From Squalus acanthias (lineage: Eukaryota): a DNA stretch of 64,000 nucleotides. Made by a program: the position numbers and the translations under genes. Where the stretch lies: contig CM059432.1 of the NCBI GenBank assembly GCA_030390025.1, positions 68,698,001-68,762,000 of the forward strand, read 5' to 3'. The notes beneath the pieces were generated by a model. The model searched no databases. It was not told where the DNA came from and saw nothing but the letters and a program-made list of their open reading frames with translations. This document shows, one piece after another, positions 25,229 through 37,120 of the stretch. The stretch's first letter is position 1. Each line of letters begins with the position of its first letter.

Positions 25229-28200
25229 ATTTTAAATAAAACTGTTGGACTATAACCTGGTGTTGTGCGACTTCTCATTTAAATAAAGCCAATTACAGAG
25301 GTGTGAGGGGCGAGTTGGCTAAGGTAGATTGGAAAAATAGATTAAAAGGTATGGCGGTAGATAAGCAGTGGCTAGCATTTAAAGAAATATTTCATAATTC
25401 TCAACAAAAATACATTCCATTGAGAAACAAAAACTCCACGGGAAAAGTGATCCAACCGTGGCTAACTAAAGAAGTTAAGGATAGCATTAGATTGAAAGAA
25501 GAAGCTTATAATGTTGCAAAGAATAATAGTAAGCCTGAGGATTGGGAGAGTTTCAGAAACCAGCAAAGGAGGACCAAAAAAATTGATAAAAAGGGAAAAA
25601 ACAGAATGAGAGATAACTAGCAAGAAATATAAAAGCAGATTGTAAGAGTTTCTACAAGCATGTAAAAAGGAAAAGAGTAGCAAAAGTAAATGTTGGTCCC
25701 TTAGAGGCTGAGACAGGAGAAATTATTATGGGGAATAAGGAAATGGCAGAAATGTTAAACAAATATTTTGTATCTGTCTTCACAGTAGAAGACACAAAAA
25801 GCATACCAAAAATGGTGGGGAACCAAGGGTCTAATGAGGGTGATAACGTAATTAATATAAGTAGAGAAAAAGTACTAGAGAAACTAATGGGACTAAAAAC
25901 CGACAAATCCCCTGGATCTGACGGCCTACATCCTAGGGTTCTAAAAGAGGTGGCTGAAGAGATAGTGGATGCATTGGTTTGGATCTTCCAAAATTCCCTA
26001 GATTCTGGAATGGTCCCAGCGGATTGGAAGGTCGCAAATGTAACAGCGCTATTCAAGAAAGGAGGAAGAGAAAAAACAGGGAACTACAGGCCAGTTAGTC
26101 TGACATCAGTTGTTGGGAAAATGCTGGAATCCATTGTTAAGGAAGTGGTATCAAGTCACTTAGAAAATCATAACATGATTCGGCAGAGTCAACATGGTTT
26201 TATGAAAGGGAAATCGTGTTTGACAAATTTATTAGAGTTTTTTGAGAATGTAACTAGCAGGGTAGATAAAGGGGAACCAGTGGATGTAGTATATTTGGAT
26301 TTCCAAAAGGCATTCGATAAGGGGCCACATAAAAGGTTATTACACAAGATTAGGGCTCATGGGGTATGGGGTAATATAGTAGCATGGATAGAGGATTGGT
26401 TAATGGACAGAAAACAGAGTAGAGATAAACGGATCTTTTTCAGGTTGGCAGGTTGTAACTAGTGGGGTGCCGCAAGGATCAGTGTTGGGGCCTCAGCTAT
26501 TTACAATCTATATTAATGATCTAGATGAATGGACCGAGTGTAATGTATCCAAGTTTGCTGATGATACAAAGCTAGGTGGGACAGTAAGCTGTGAGGAGAA
26601 CACAAAGAGTCTGCAAAGGGATATAGATAGACTTAGTGAGTGAGCAGTAAGGTGGCAGATGGAGTATAATGTAGGGAAATGTGAGGTTATTCACTTTGGT
26701 AGGAAGAATAGAAAAACAGAATATTTTTTAAATGGTGAGAAACTTTTAAATGTTGGTGTTCAGAGACATTTGGGTGTCCTCGTGCAAGAAACACAGAAAG
26801 CTAGCATGCAGGTACAGCAACAAATAGGAAGGCAAATTGCATGTTGGCCTTTATTGCAAGGGGGTTGGAGTATAAGAGTAAGGAAGTCTTGCTACTATTG
26901 TACAGGGCCTTGGTGAGACCACACCTGGAGTACTGTGCACAGTTTTGGTCTCCTTATCTAAGGATATACTTCCCTTGGAGGCGGTGCAATGAAGGTTCAC
27001 TAGATTGATTCCTGGGGTGAGAGGGCTGTCCTATGATGAGAGATTGTGTAGAATGGGCCTATACTGTCTGGAGTTTAGAAGATTGAGGGGTGATCTCATT
27101 GAAACATAAAAGATTCTGAAGAGATTGACAGGGTAGATGCTGAGAGGTTGTTTCCCCTGGCTGGAGTGTCTAGAACTAGGGGGCATAGTCTCAGGATAAG
27201 GGGTAAGCCATTTAAGACTGAGATGAGGAGGAATTTCTTCACTCAGAGGGTTGTGAATCTTTGGAATTCTCTACCCCAAAGGGCTGTGGATGCTGAGTCT
27301 TTGAGTATATTCAAGGCTGAGATAGACAGATTTTTGGACTCTCAGGGAATCAAGGGATATGGAGATCGGGCGGGAAAGTGGAGTTGAGGTCGATGATCAG
27401 TCATGATCTTATTGAATGGTGGAGCAGGCTCGAGGGGCCGTATGGCCTACTCCTGCTCCTATTTCTTATGTTGCATTGTTACTTTGGACATTTGGTGATA
27501 TATAGTAGCCATAATGGTCAAGTGATCCTCCCAGTTAAATATAAAGGCCTCATATTCTGAACCACATTCTGACCGGAGGTGACAGTACCGTAAACAGACC
27601 ATGCAGAAACAAATATGAGAAGACAACGGGCACTGCTACATAAAAAGAATTTAAAAAGACAGGAAAGAGCTTAGTATGTGGAGGTCCTGTCAGAGTAAAA
27701 AGACTGGGGGGGGGAGAACTTCAGCTTCCACCTACAATGGGTTGTCAGAATGAAACACAAATCCCTCCTCCTCTCCCCCCGCCCCCCCACCTCGCCTCGA
27801 TTTTCAACTGCCGGCCGCCTGTTTTTTATGCAAGAAAGGGGCAGCCTGCAGCTGGAAATCACCTCCGATACCTGCAGCAAACATCCTTACTCATTTGTAC
27901 GATCACAAATAAATGGATTATAACATAGCAGTAGAAATACCAAAGGGTGAGAAACAATGATCTAATGGAGCATTACAGAACTAAAGCATGAAATCGTGAA
28001 GCGGCACACTAAAACAATACTTGCTAAAAGCATGTAACAAAACACGGAACAAGAAAAAGTAGTTTGGCCCATCATGCTACAGAGCACGTACAATTCACCG
28101 TTTCATCTCCCGAAGATTCAGGAAGGTTTCTCCTTTCCTCCCAAAAGTAATTGAAGTGAAGCTCTAGAGTTATGTAACTTTACATCCAAGCTTAATTGCA

Positions 28201-29399
28201 TTCTTTGGCACAACGTTTCAATGCTCCTGACATGTCCCCCACACATCTGTGGAAAGCAGTAACTGCTTTCTCAGCGAGTCTCTTCTACCTTTCTGCAGCT
28301 CTGTGGAAAGGGGACAGCAGGATTCTTTCTCATTTCTAGTCTTGTTTGAGCCTCGTTAGGTTTCTCCTCATGGTCTCTCGCTCTGCATTCACAATTAAAG
28401 TTAGTAACTTAGTTGAATCTACATTACCCATTGCTGCAAACATTTAAAAAAAATCTTGGTCATATCTCCTCTGCATTTTTTTGTCTTTAATGAGACAAGC
28501 TTTTAAGTTTTTAACAAGACCCTTTCTAACTTGAAGCTTCAAGGCCTGGAGTAATCCTCGTCACTCTTCTCTAAACCCAATGCACCAATGCCTTTTGAAT
28601 TTAGGGTGCCCAAGACTGCCAACGATATTCTAAATGGGAACTCATCAAACATCTGTATAAGGTAAATACCATCTTTTCACCTTTTTTAGTGAAAATCCAT
28701 TCATCATAGACACATTTCTTGTTCTAATCTATATAATCGTACATTTATTTACTTTAAATTCCAACTGTAATTCTTTATCCTATCCCCAGAATTAGACCTT
28801 AAAAAACTAGAAGTATTTTATTTACAAAATATCACTATCATCTACTATTAAGCTTTTTAAACAAATGCATCTATCTTCAATAAAGATCTAGAGGAGCAGG
28901 TCTAGCCAAATTAAATGAGGTACAACATGTGCTGAACCTGTGACCATTCCCAATCAACGCCAAGGCTTTGTATTGATTGCTGGCAGGTTGCATAGAATGT
29001 AAACAGGTTTTTTTAAATTAAAAAAAAGTCAGTGAATTTAATCATCTCCATTGATAGCACCCTCACTTACAAGTCAAGTTTATGGGTTCAAACACCAAAC
29101 ATGGCCAGAATTGCAAATAGGGCGAGGCTGGACCCGGGATCTCGTGTGGCTGAGCGGTTCAACTTTGTAGCTGCTACTTATTTCTTGGGTTAAACCTGCA
29201 TGGGGAATCCCTCACACTTCTGTGGTTCTGGATTCAAGTGGACGCTGACATGATTAATAGTGTGGTTACAAATGCATTCAGTGATAGATACTGAACCACC
29301 CCTTTATTAACACATCACTACACGTGGAAAAAACAAACCAACACTATTTTCTGTTTAACTGATATTAAAGGACAAGGTAACACTGCGATTAAGAGCTTC

Positions 29400-29582
29400 A
29401 AAGAAAGAACTTGCATTTATAAGAGTGCCTTGTCACATCCTCAGGATAGCCCAAATTAAATCCTTTTTGAAGCAGTCACTGTTATATGGGGAAACATGGC
29501 AGTTTGCACACAGCAAGGTCCCACAAACAGCAAATGAGAAAAATGATCAGTTAAAGTCTGTTTGGTGATGATGTTGGTTGAA
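29400..29582 (-). mobile_element. DeuSINE-type SINE 3' fragment
   Basis: Degenerate match to the SINE core (tttgcacacagcaaggtcccacaaacagc) and tail (cttgcatttata). Confidence 0.55.
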
Positions 29583-30640
29583 GAACAACAACAACAACAA
29601 ATATTTATATAGCGCCTTTAACGTAGTAAAACATCCCAAGGCGCTTCACAGGAGTATTATAAGACAAAAAATTTGACACCGAGCCACATAAGGAGAAATT
29701 AGGGCAGGTGACCAAAAGCTTGATCAAAGAGGTAGGTTTTAAGGAGCATCTTAAAGGAGGAAAGAGAGATAGAGGCGCGGAGAGGTTTAGGGAGGGAATT
29801 CCAGAGCTTAGGGCCTAGGTAACAGAAGGCACGGCCACCAATGGTTGAGCGATTATAGTCAGGGATGCTCAAGAGGGCAGACTTAGAGAAGCGCAGATAT
29901 CTCAGGGGGTTGTGGGGCTGAAGGAGATTACAGAGATAGGGAGGGGCGAGGCCATGGAGGGATTTCAAAACAAGGATGAGAATTCTGAAATCAAGGCGTT
30001 GCTTAATCGGGAGCCAATGTAGGTCAACGAGCACAGGGGTGATGGGTGAACGGGACTTGGTGAGAGTTAGGACACGGGCAGCCGAGCTTTGGATGACCTC
30101 AAGTTTACGTAGGGTAGAATGTGGGAGGCCAGCCAGGAGTGCGTTGGAATAGTCAAGTCTAGAGGTAATAAAGGCATAGATGAGGGTTTCAGCAGCGGAT
30201 GAGCTGAGGCAAGGACGGAGATGGGCGAAGTTACGGAGGTGGAAATAGGCAGTCTTAGTTATGCCGCAGATATGTAGTCGGAAACTAATTTCTGGGTCAA
30301 ATATGACACCAAGGTTGCAAACAGTGTGGTTCAGCCTCAGACAGATGTTAGGGAGAGGGATGGAGTCAGTGGCTAGGGAATGGAGTTTGTGGCGGGGACT
30401 GAAGACAATGGCTTCAGTCTTCCCAATATTTAAATGGAGAAAATTTCTGCTCATCCAGAACTGGATGTCGGACAAGCAGTCTGACAATTTGGAGACCGTG
30501 GAGGGGTCGAGAGAAGAGGTGGTGAAGTAGAGCTGGGTGTCGTCAGCGTACATGTGGAAAGTGAAACTGTGCTTTTGGATGATGTTGTCAAGGGGCAACC
30601 TGTAGATGAGAAATAGGAGGGGGCCAAGGATAGATCCTTG
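29583..30640 (-). mobile_element. 5'-truncated L2 LINE
   Basis: ORF 29699-30598 (299 aa; YADDTQLY, LNIGKTE, SRLDYSN, LHWLP, KTYLF) and a (GTT)n tail. Confidence 0.92.
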
Positions 30641-31939
30641 ATAGGTGTTGGCCCCAACACCTTACTCTTCTTCAATTAAGGTTATCAGATCTTAAATGTC
30701 CACCTGAGCCAGCAAATGGGGCATCAGTTTAAAATCATATCCAAAAGACGGCTCCTCTGACAATGCAGCACATCCTCCACATTGTCAGCCTAGATTGTAC
30801 ACTCAACTCCTGGATTGGGATTGGTTAATCCTTCTTGAGGAAGTTGCTGACCTGGTCTTCTCAGTATGCAAGATGATGAAAAAACTGCCTGCTGTATTTG
30901 CATACATAACAGTGACAATATTTTAACAATAATTAATTGACTTTAGAGTGCTTTAGGCATCCCGGGGTCCTGAAAGGCACTAAATAAAAGCAAATTCTTG
31001 TTTTCTTTATTCTCCTTTAATTTGGACAGTCTGTCCATTATTTATGGTGCCCTCCTTTCAAGAGATGCTTGTAGTTAATCTGGTAGCATCTGTGACAACA
31101 TACCAGCTTGTACAAATTAGGGCACTTACTGAAGTTACATGCCCAGGTGCTGATGGTGATTCACGGGAAGCTTTCCATGACCAATGGGCACTGCACACTA
31201 CAGGATACTAAATGCATTATTGATCAGACAAATTATGATCTGGAGTTACCTATACCTGAACTTAGATGGGGTAGGACCACTCGTTACTTTTCAGTACTGG
31301 AGTCTTCCTTTACAAAAGGGACCAGTAGAGATATACCGGTGGGATTCCCAATTACAAAACTGGATATCCTATCTCTAACACCTTGCTAGCAACAGAAAGT
31401 GTCATTTCTCCCATTAGTCTCTTGACCTCCCCCCTCAGGCTTACTAGTATGATTGTTCAGCCTTTTTTTTTAATACATATATTTTTTATTGACGTAACTG
31501 TTCATCCCTGCCCAACTGTTCGGTAAACAGGAGACACTGCAAAAGCAGAGTTGAAACTAACACGAGAAGTAACCCTATAATTTAGCAACATACCAAGGAG
31601 AAAAAGGTCCTGTGTCTGATTTAATGGAGCTGTAAATTTACACAGCTACTCGACAGTTTCTTTTACTTTTTTGAAAAATACGTATGATTTGAATAGAAAC
31701 ATCCATGCACGTCAGATACGCTGTGTTTCTGAACTAGTGTAGCAGACCAGCGAATCTCTCTACCCTTGTGTAATATTGTTGTAGCTATGATTTACTGTAA
31801 ATGATCGGGGCCCAGTTAGTTAGGCAGGTTTTGTGTATGTGAGGGACACGTGGAACTTTAGCGACTGTAAAAAAAAAATTCCACATGTTGTATTCAGTTC
31901 TCTAGTCAGGCGGGTTGGAAAGCAGAGGAAGCTCCAACA

Positions 31940-32400
31940 ATCAGCTCAGTTGCCCCCGTCAGCAAGTGAGCCGCACGCCGGGCCCGGGACGTTCGGCTGA
32001 TTGTTACTCAGAAGGCGCGTAGCGCCCTGAACGTTCGGCTGATTGTGACGATGGAGGCAGACACACGCGCGCGAGCGCGGTACCCGGGACGTTCGGCGGA
32101 TTGTGTGTGTGAGGGAGGCGCGCGGGGCCCGGCTTTCTGTCACAGTTACAAGGTAATGGCCTCAAATCGCTCACCGTGCTCTTCTTCGACACCATCTTGT
32201 CCATCTTCTTCGCAATTCGGACAATGTCTTCTTCCTCCTTTTTACTCATCACGCTTATTCGTATGCAACTAACCAGATTTAGCGTGTGTTTTTTTTCCCT
32301 TTAACCGTAACAAAATCCCTCCAGCTCGTCTCATCCGCAGCCGCGGGCGCGAACCACTCGCACAGAGAAAGCCCAAAGCAATGGAAAATCCATCATGTAA
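31940..32400 (-). promoter_or_regulatory. TCEA1: CpG-island-like promoter / first-exon region of TCEA1
   Basis: Local CpG enrichment (cgcgcgcgagcgcgg, ggcgcgcggggcccgg, ccgcgggcgcg) around exon 1 in an otherwise CpG-poor background. Confidence 0.7.
32175..32249 (-). CDS. TCEA1: TCEA1 (transcription elongation factor S-II) coding exon 1, [25 protein letters not shown]
   Basis: ATG at 32249, 75 nt, ending at a phase-0 GTGAGC donor. The peptide resembles the TFIIS N-terminus (human TCEA1 [21 protein letters not shown], from memory). It lies in a CpG-rich segment and directly downstream of LYPLA1, as in human. Confidence 0.93.
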
Positions 32401-32729
32401 ATAGAGGAAGCGGTCTGCACAGACCCAACTAATCAATAGATAAGCGCCTCTGCTCGTCTTATGTTGAGTATTTGCAGATTCCCCTCCCCCTTAAAAAAAA
32501 CTAAGTTAACGAACGTTTTTTTTTAAAGTGCAATTTACAACGGTGCTGTAAGTTTCGGGAGGCCACATCGATTTTTATTCGTAAATGACGACTCTATTAA
32601 AGCTTTCTCTTGTGTCCCTTGACTGGTTACCGTAACATAAGGAATTAATCGCTGCACTATAATGGTTCTAACGTGCCCACACCTAATATCATTCGTTATG
32701 CACAGAATGGGACGTTCGGCTGATCTTAA

Positions 32730-33109
32730 ACATTCATTTCCTCCTGCACATCGTGGCTGCAGTGTGTGTACCATCGGCAAAATGCACTGCAGCAACTCGC
32801 CAAATCTTCTTCGCAGCATCTTCCAAACCTGTATCACCTAGAAGGACAAGGGCAGCAGGTGCATGGGAACACCATCACCTCCCAATCACACACCATTCTG
32901 ACTTGGAAATATATCGCTGTTCCTTCGTTGTTGCTGGGTCAAAACCCTGGAACTCCCTAACTAACAGCACTGTGGGAGTACCTTCACCACACGGACTGCA
33001 GCAGTTCAAGAAGGCGGCTCACCACCACCTTCTCACGGGCAATTAGGGATGGGCAATAAATGCTGGCCTTGCCAGCGACGCCCACATCCCGGAACGAATA
33101 AAAAAAAAA
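32730..33109 (+). mobile_element. LINE 3'-end fragment with poly(A), upstream of TCEA1
   Basis: KPWNSL..QQFKKAAHHHL remnant, AATAAA and an A-tail. A second copy lies at 38909-39060. Confidence 0.75.
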
Positions 33110-34099
33110 TGCCAAATTGTAAACTGAGCTTGTTTTTACTAGTACTTATAATTCGCTCACCACAAGTTGAATATTGGGATAACGGGAAGCGTGAAGCAAA
33201 GCTTTGCAGGAGTCGCCCTTTTTTTAAAAAAAAGCAGTGGGGTCTTGAATCCTACCACACATTTGTAAATTGCGCTTAAAACTTTCATTAGTTGTGTTTT
33301 TTGAGAAAAGTAGTAAATACCCAACATTACATCAAAATTGGAAGATGCATGCATCGGCTAATGTATTCTTCAGAGAAAAAAATTCTGCCATTGGAAATAA
33401 ATGAAACATGGCATCTGAGTGCACAGGATTGTCCCCATCCTGCTAGTTCAATACCACTTATGGAAAAGAGGCAACATTTGAGATGAGATGAATTTATTTG
33501 CTTATATAATGACAAGGGATACCAGTGCTAAGGAATGTGATGCTTCCCACTTTTGGCAACCATTATCATCATCGGGCATCCTAAATACTGTTGATCTTGG
33601 ATTGGATGGGTGACTGAACACTTGGTCACACAAACGGATCTTGAAGAGGATTTTGTGGATGGAGAGGAAGAAACCATGGTGCCAGATTATCGTTGGGCCA
33701 CAACACATTGCTCCTTCTTCACCTTATGCCCTTGATGATTTCCCTGTATGCACATATAAATGAAAGTGGACCAAGGAAATTATGGAAACAATCACATTTA
33801 AGATATTTTAATCCAAGGTTATGTTTTAACTTTAATAAAAGTTGGAATCTGCAGATTATCATCAATGCTTATTTTTATGTTTGAATTTCTTTGCAGTTTT
33901 TCATTGTGGCCATATCAATGGTTAGACGTACACCAGGAGCAGGATTGCAGGGATGTTAATGAACGGTTCTTTAGGGTGGCATTCTTTTAAAGTTCTTCTG
34001 TGTAGATGTGATTTTTCATCAAGTTATGCCTTCCAAAGCTGCTGATGTGTGGGGATTTTTTTTTTTCTGTTTGAAATAGACATACTCTTGTTATTCCAG

Positions 34100-34600
34100 A
34101 GTGCAATTGTAGTTTCTATCCACAAGGAAGATCTTAGTGAGCCCAAACATTACAAAGGAATCTCATTAATAGTTTTTTAAGATAATTGTTCAGCTTGTCA
34201 TGGCACGCACATCGGCTGTATGGAGGTCTGCAGAGTAATCAGAAAGGAACAAGCTGGATTTTGCTCCTGTAAGGAAGATGTAGGGCAGGTTGTGGTTTTA
34301 TACAAGACTGTGGACTGCCAGAAGGCTCAGGAGAAACCCACTGCTTAAATTGATTTTAATAAGCCTTTTGTTCGATTGCCTCATGGTGTCCCCATGAAGA
34401 AGATGTAAACTGTGAGTAATTGGGCAAATCTTGGAATTTAAGTGGGATGTGTACTCCAGGTCCAAAATTCATGTAAGGGAAAATAGGAGACTCATTGAAC
34501 TTATTTCTCTCAAAAGAGGAATCGGGTGAAATTGTCCACGGTCACTCTTATTCTATGTAATCATCATTGATGTGTTGGATGGCATTGCAGTGTCTGTTCT
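34100..34600 (+). mobile_element. Ancient non-CR1/non-L2 LINE RT remnant (RTE-like?)
   Basis: Broken frames suggest motifs ..HYKGISL, IRKEQAGF, DFNKPF and KRGIG.NCP.S.LLF in RT order. Confidence 0.4.
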
Positions 34601-35223
34601 GGGTATTTCTGAAATGCACTTCCTTGCACTGATGAAATTGTGTTGTTGCTAGATTTATCTGGGGATCTAGTCCACTTCACTCACCTATCATTTTTTGGCT
34701 TCAAAGGCAATAACACAAATGTTGGAAAACGTGCAAAATTTATTTTGTGTGTTTTCCATCAGTGCTCATTTCCCCCTTCAGAAATGTGTAAATCTATCAC
34801 TGCAAAAATCACATTGTATACTTTTAATTTTCCATATAAAACAACTGATGGAGCATTGGGTATGCATGCAGCATAAGTTACAAGCTGATATGTTGCACGC
34901 TCAGTGTAACTACTGTACTTGTTTTCACATCATAGGTAAGGCCATTGGGTTTCAGTTTTCAGAGAAAAACAAACTGATTTGGGGAAGCGATCTTGAAATT
35001 CCACAAAGAAAAAATGAATTTAACTCGCTTTAAAGCCGTGGTCTTGGTCATAGGCCGAATTCAGGGCTGTTTTTGAGTTGTTTTTTGGGTTTTGAAGTAG
35101 TTTGTCAGCTTTTACTGGTTTTCTAGTTGATGTGTGCAACTTTGCTATCTAGATGGACCTAATCATGGAGTATGGGAAGATTCACTTTTACTCGAGGGCT
35201 CTACAACCCTGGCAACAACCCAA

Positions 35224-36182
35224 CGCCTCCACTACTTGCCTTCAAACAGCCGCCTAACCTCAGAAGTACCATCGTTCGCAGCAAATTACCCAGCTTTCAG
35301 GATAACAGCGACCACGACACCACACAACCCTGCCATGGCAAACTCTGCAAGACATGCCAGATCATCAACACAGATACCACCATCACACGTGAGGACACTA
35401 CCCACCAGGTACATGGTACATATTCATGTGACTCGGCCAACGTTGTCTACCTCATACGTTGCAGGAAAGAATGCACCGCGGCATGGTACATCGGCGAGAC
35501 CATGCAGACACTGAGACAACGTATGAACGAGCACCGCGCAACAATCGCCAGGCAGGATTGTTACCTCCCAGTCGGGGAACACTTCAGCAGTCAAGGACAT
35601 TCAGCCTCGGATCTGCGGGTAAGCGTTCTCCAAGGCAACCTTAGAAACACACGACAACGCAAAATCATCGAGCAGAAACTGATAGCCAAGTTCCGCACTC
35701 ATGAAGACGGTCTCAATCGGGATCTTGGGTTTATGTCACGATACATGACGTGATCCGGACTCGAGTCGTCGTTAGCTTGTTCACAGATGTGATTCCCAGT
35801 AAAAAAGTAAAAATTTTCCCAGTAAAAAAGTAATTTTTTTTTAAAGCTTTTCGTTTTACATACAGACGGCAGCTTTTGACACGTTAGAACCCCTGCGACT
35901 ACACCTCATTGTCTCAGTTGTATCTTGCTATGTCTTTTGATGTGGTACCTTCCTGGCTGACTTAATTAACTTTATCACACCTCGGCAGATAGTCAGGATG
36001 ATTTAATTTATTGGTCTGCAATTGTAAAGTACACATGCTTTGTTTTCCATCTATATATGCTCTGGCGATTCTGTATCCAATTTACTTCACCTGAGGAAGG
36101 AGCAATCGATAGCTCCGAAAGCTTGTGATTTCAAATAAAACTGTTGGACTATAACCTGGTGTTGTGCGACCTCTCAATTTTG
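35224..36182 (+). mobile_element. 5'-truncated Penelope-like retroelement: GIY-YIG endonuclease + pLTR
   Basis: Open frame to 35753 with C..CKTC, NVVYLIRC, WYIGET..LRQRMNEHR, VGEHF and GLNRD. 10-bp TSD AACAACCCAA (35214-35223 / 36183-36192). Confidence 0.92.
36087..36128 (+). ncRNA. Minimal type I hammerhead ribozyme motif in Penelope pLTR
   Basis: Stem I TCAC/GTGA, core CTGAGGA, extra A, stem II GGAGC/GCTCC, GAAA, palindromic AGCT. Predicted cleavage after CUU (36124). Confidence 0.72.
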
Positions 36183-36299
36183 AACAACCCAAAAGACATT
36201 ACCCTTCACCACAGTAACTTCTTTGCAGCCACAAATAGTGACACACCAGGCTCTCAGGTTAGGTTTTCAGCTTAGTCCCTCTTCCACTCAATTCTCTGA

Positions 36300-37120
36300 T
36301 GTCCTGTTTACATGCACACATTGCAGCAGGACAATATTTTAGAGATAAGTGCGAGGACTGGAACAGAAGCCATTGCTGGAAATGCTTGGATAGGATATCA
36401 TAAGAGTGGAATCAAGCAAGGGCAGTCCCAACAACCTGGACAACGGAGGAGAGGTGTTAGAGGAGGACAATGTGGTCAACTATGTCAAAGAGTGCAGAGA
36501 GGCTGAGGAGTCACAATCCGAGAATGTTGCTTGTGACTTTGGTTAGGGCCATTTCAGTGCTGTGGGAGGGGTGGAAACCTGATTGGAGAGGATTCAAATA
36601 GGGAGTAGCAGGAGGAATGGGCACAGATTTGGGTGGCAAGAATATATTCAATGTCTGGAGAAGAAAGGAAGGGTGGAGTTAAGGCAGTAGCTTGCAACAC
36701 AGAGGGGTTGAGGGTGTGTTTTTTTAGGGTGTGATGATTTTGAAAGGAAGGAGGACAGTGCCTGAGGAGATGGAATCATGTCAGCTAGTATGAGGACCAA
36801 GAAGGCAAGTTGGGTGGTCTGCAGTTTGGTGAGAATGGGTTAAGGAAGCAGAAGGTGGGTCATGGAGATGAGCACAGAGAGACTATCGCTTTGGATGGGA
36901 AAGAAACAAGAGATGGGGATTCAGGACAGTTGGGGGGGGGGGGGGGGGCGGCGGGAGCAGGGGGCTGGCAGTAGCAGCCAAGTCTCCTGAATGGATTGTC
37001 TATATAGGTGACAAAAATCCATGAGCTCCTCGCACTTGTTAAGAGGTGAGGGTGGAGTGGGCAGAAGGGGGTTTAGAGAAAGTAGTGGAAAAAAGAAACC
37101 AGGGATTATCTTTGCTGTTC
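36300..37120 (-). mobile_element. Decayed L2-like LINE fragment
   Basis: Purine-rich plus strand whose complement resembles the L2 at 14170-14550 / 17922-18100. Confidence 0.5.

Larger units (their letters stand above)
25058..25278. mobile_element. Penelope-like pLTR insertion with inverted-repeat structure
   Basis: 13-bp TSD TTAAATAAAGCCA (25045-25057 / 25279-25291). Shares AAATAAAACTGTTGGACTATAACCTGGTGTTGTGCGAC with the Penelope 3' end. Perfect 88-bp inverted repeat (25095-25182 / 25193-25280). Confidence 0.85.
24840..27472 (+). mobile_element. 5'-truncated CR1 LINE (endonuclease end + RT + 3' UTR), disrupted
   Basis: ORFs 24838-25125, 25303-25620, 25728-26462 and 27148-27387 carry CR1 motifs. 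Confidence 0.9.

Noticed and set aside
31983..32104. CRISPR-like repeat-spacer array
   Set aside because: Vertebrate context, only three imperfect short repeats and no cas genes. Kept only as a promoter motif.
32004..32252. 82-aa ORF as a single-exon protein
   Set aside because: Only the 25 codons from ATG 32249 match TFIIS; the rest is read-through past the GT donor into intron 1. The flanks of ORF 46161-46496 are intronic in the same way.
35172..35223. N-terminus of the 193-aa ORF as part of a standalone GIY-YIG gene
   Set aside because: It lies outside the TSD-defined element, so the ATG is fortuitous flanking sequence.
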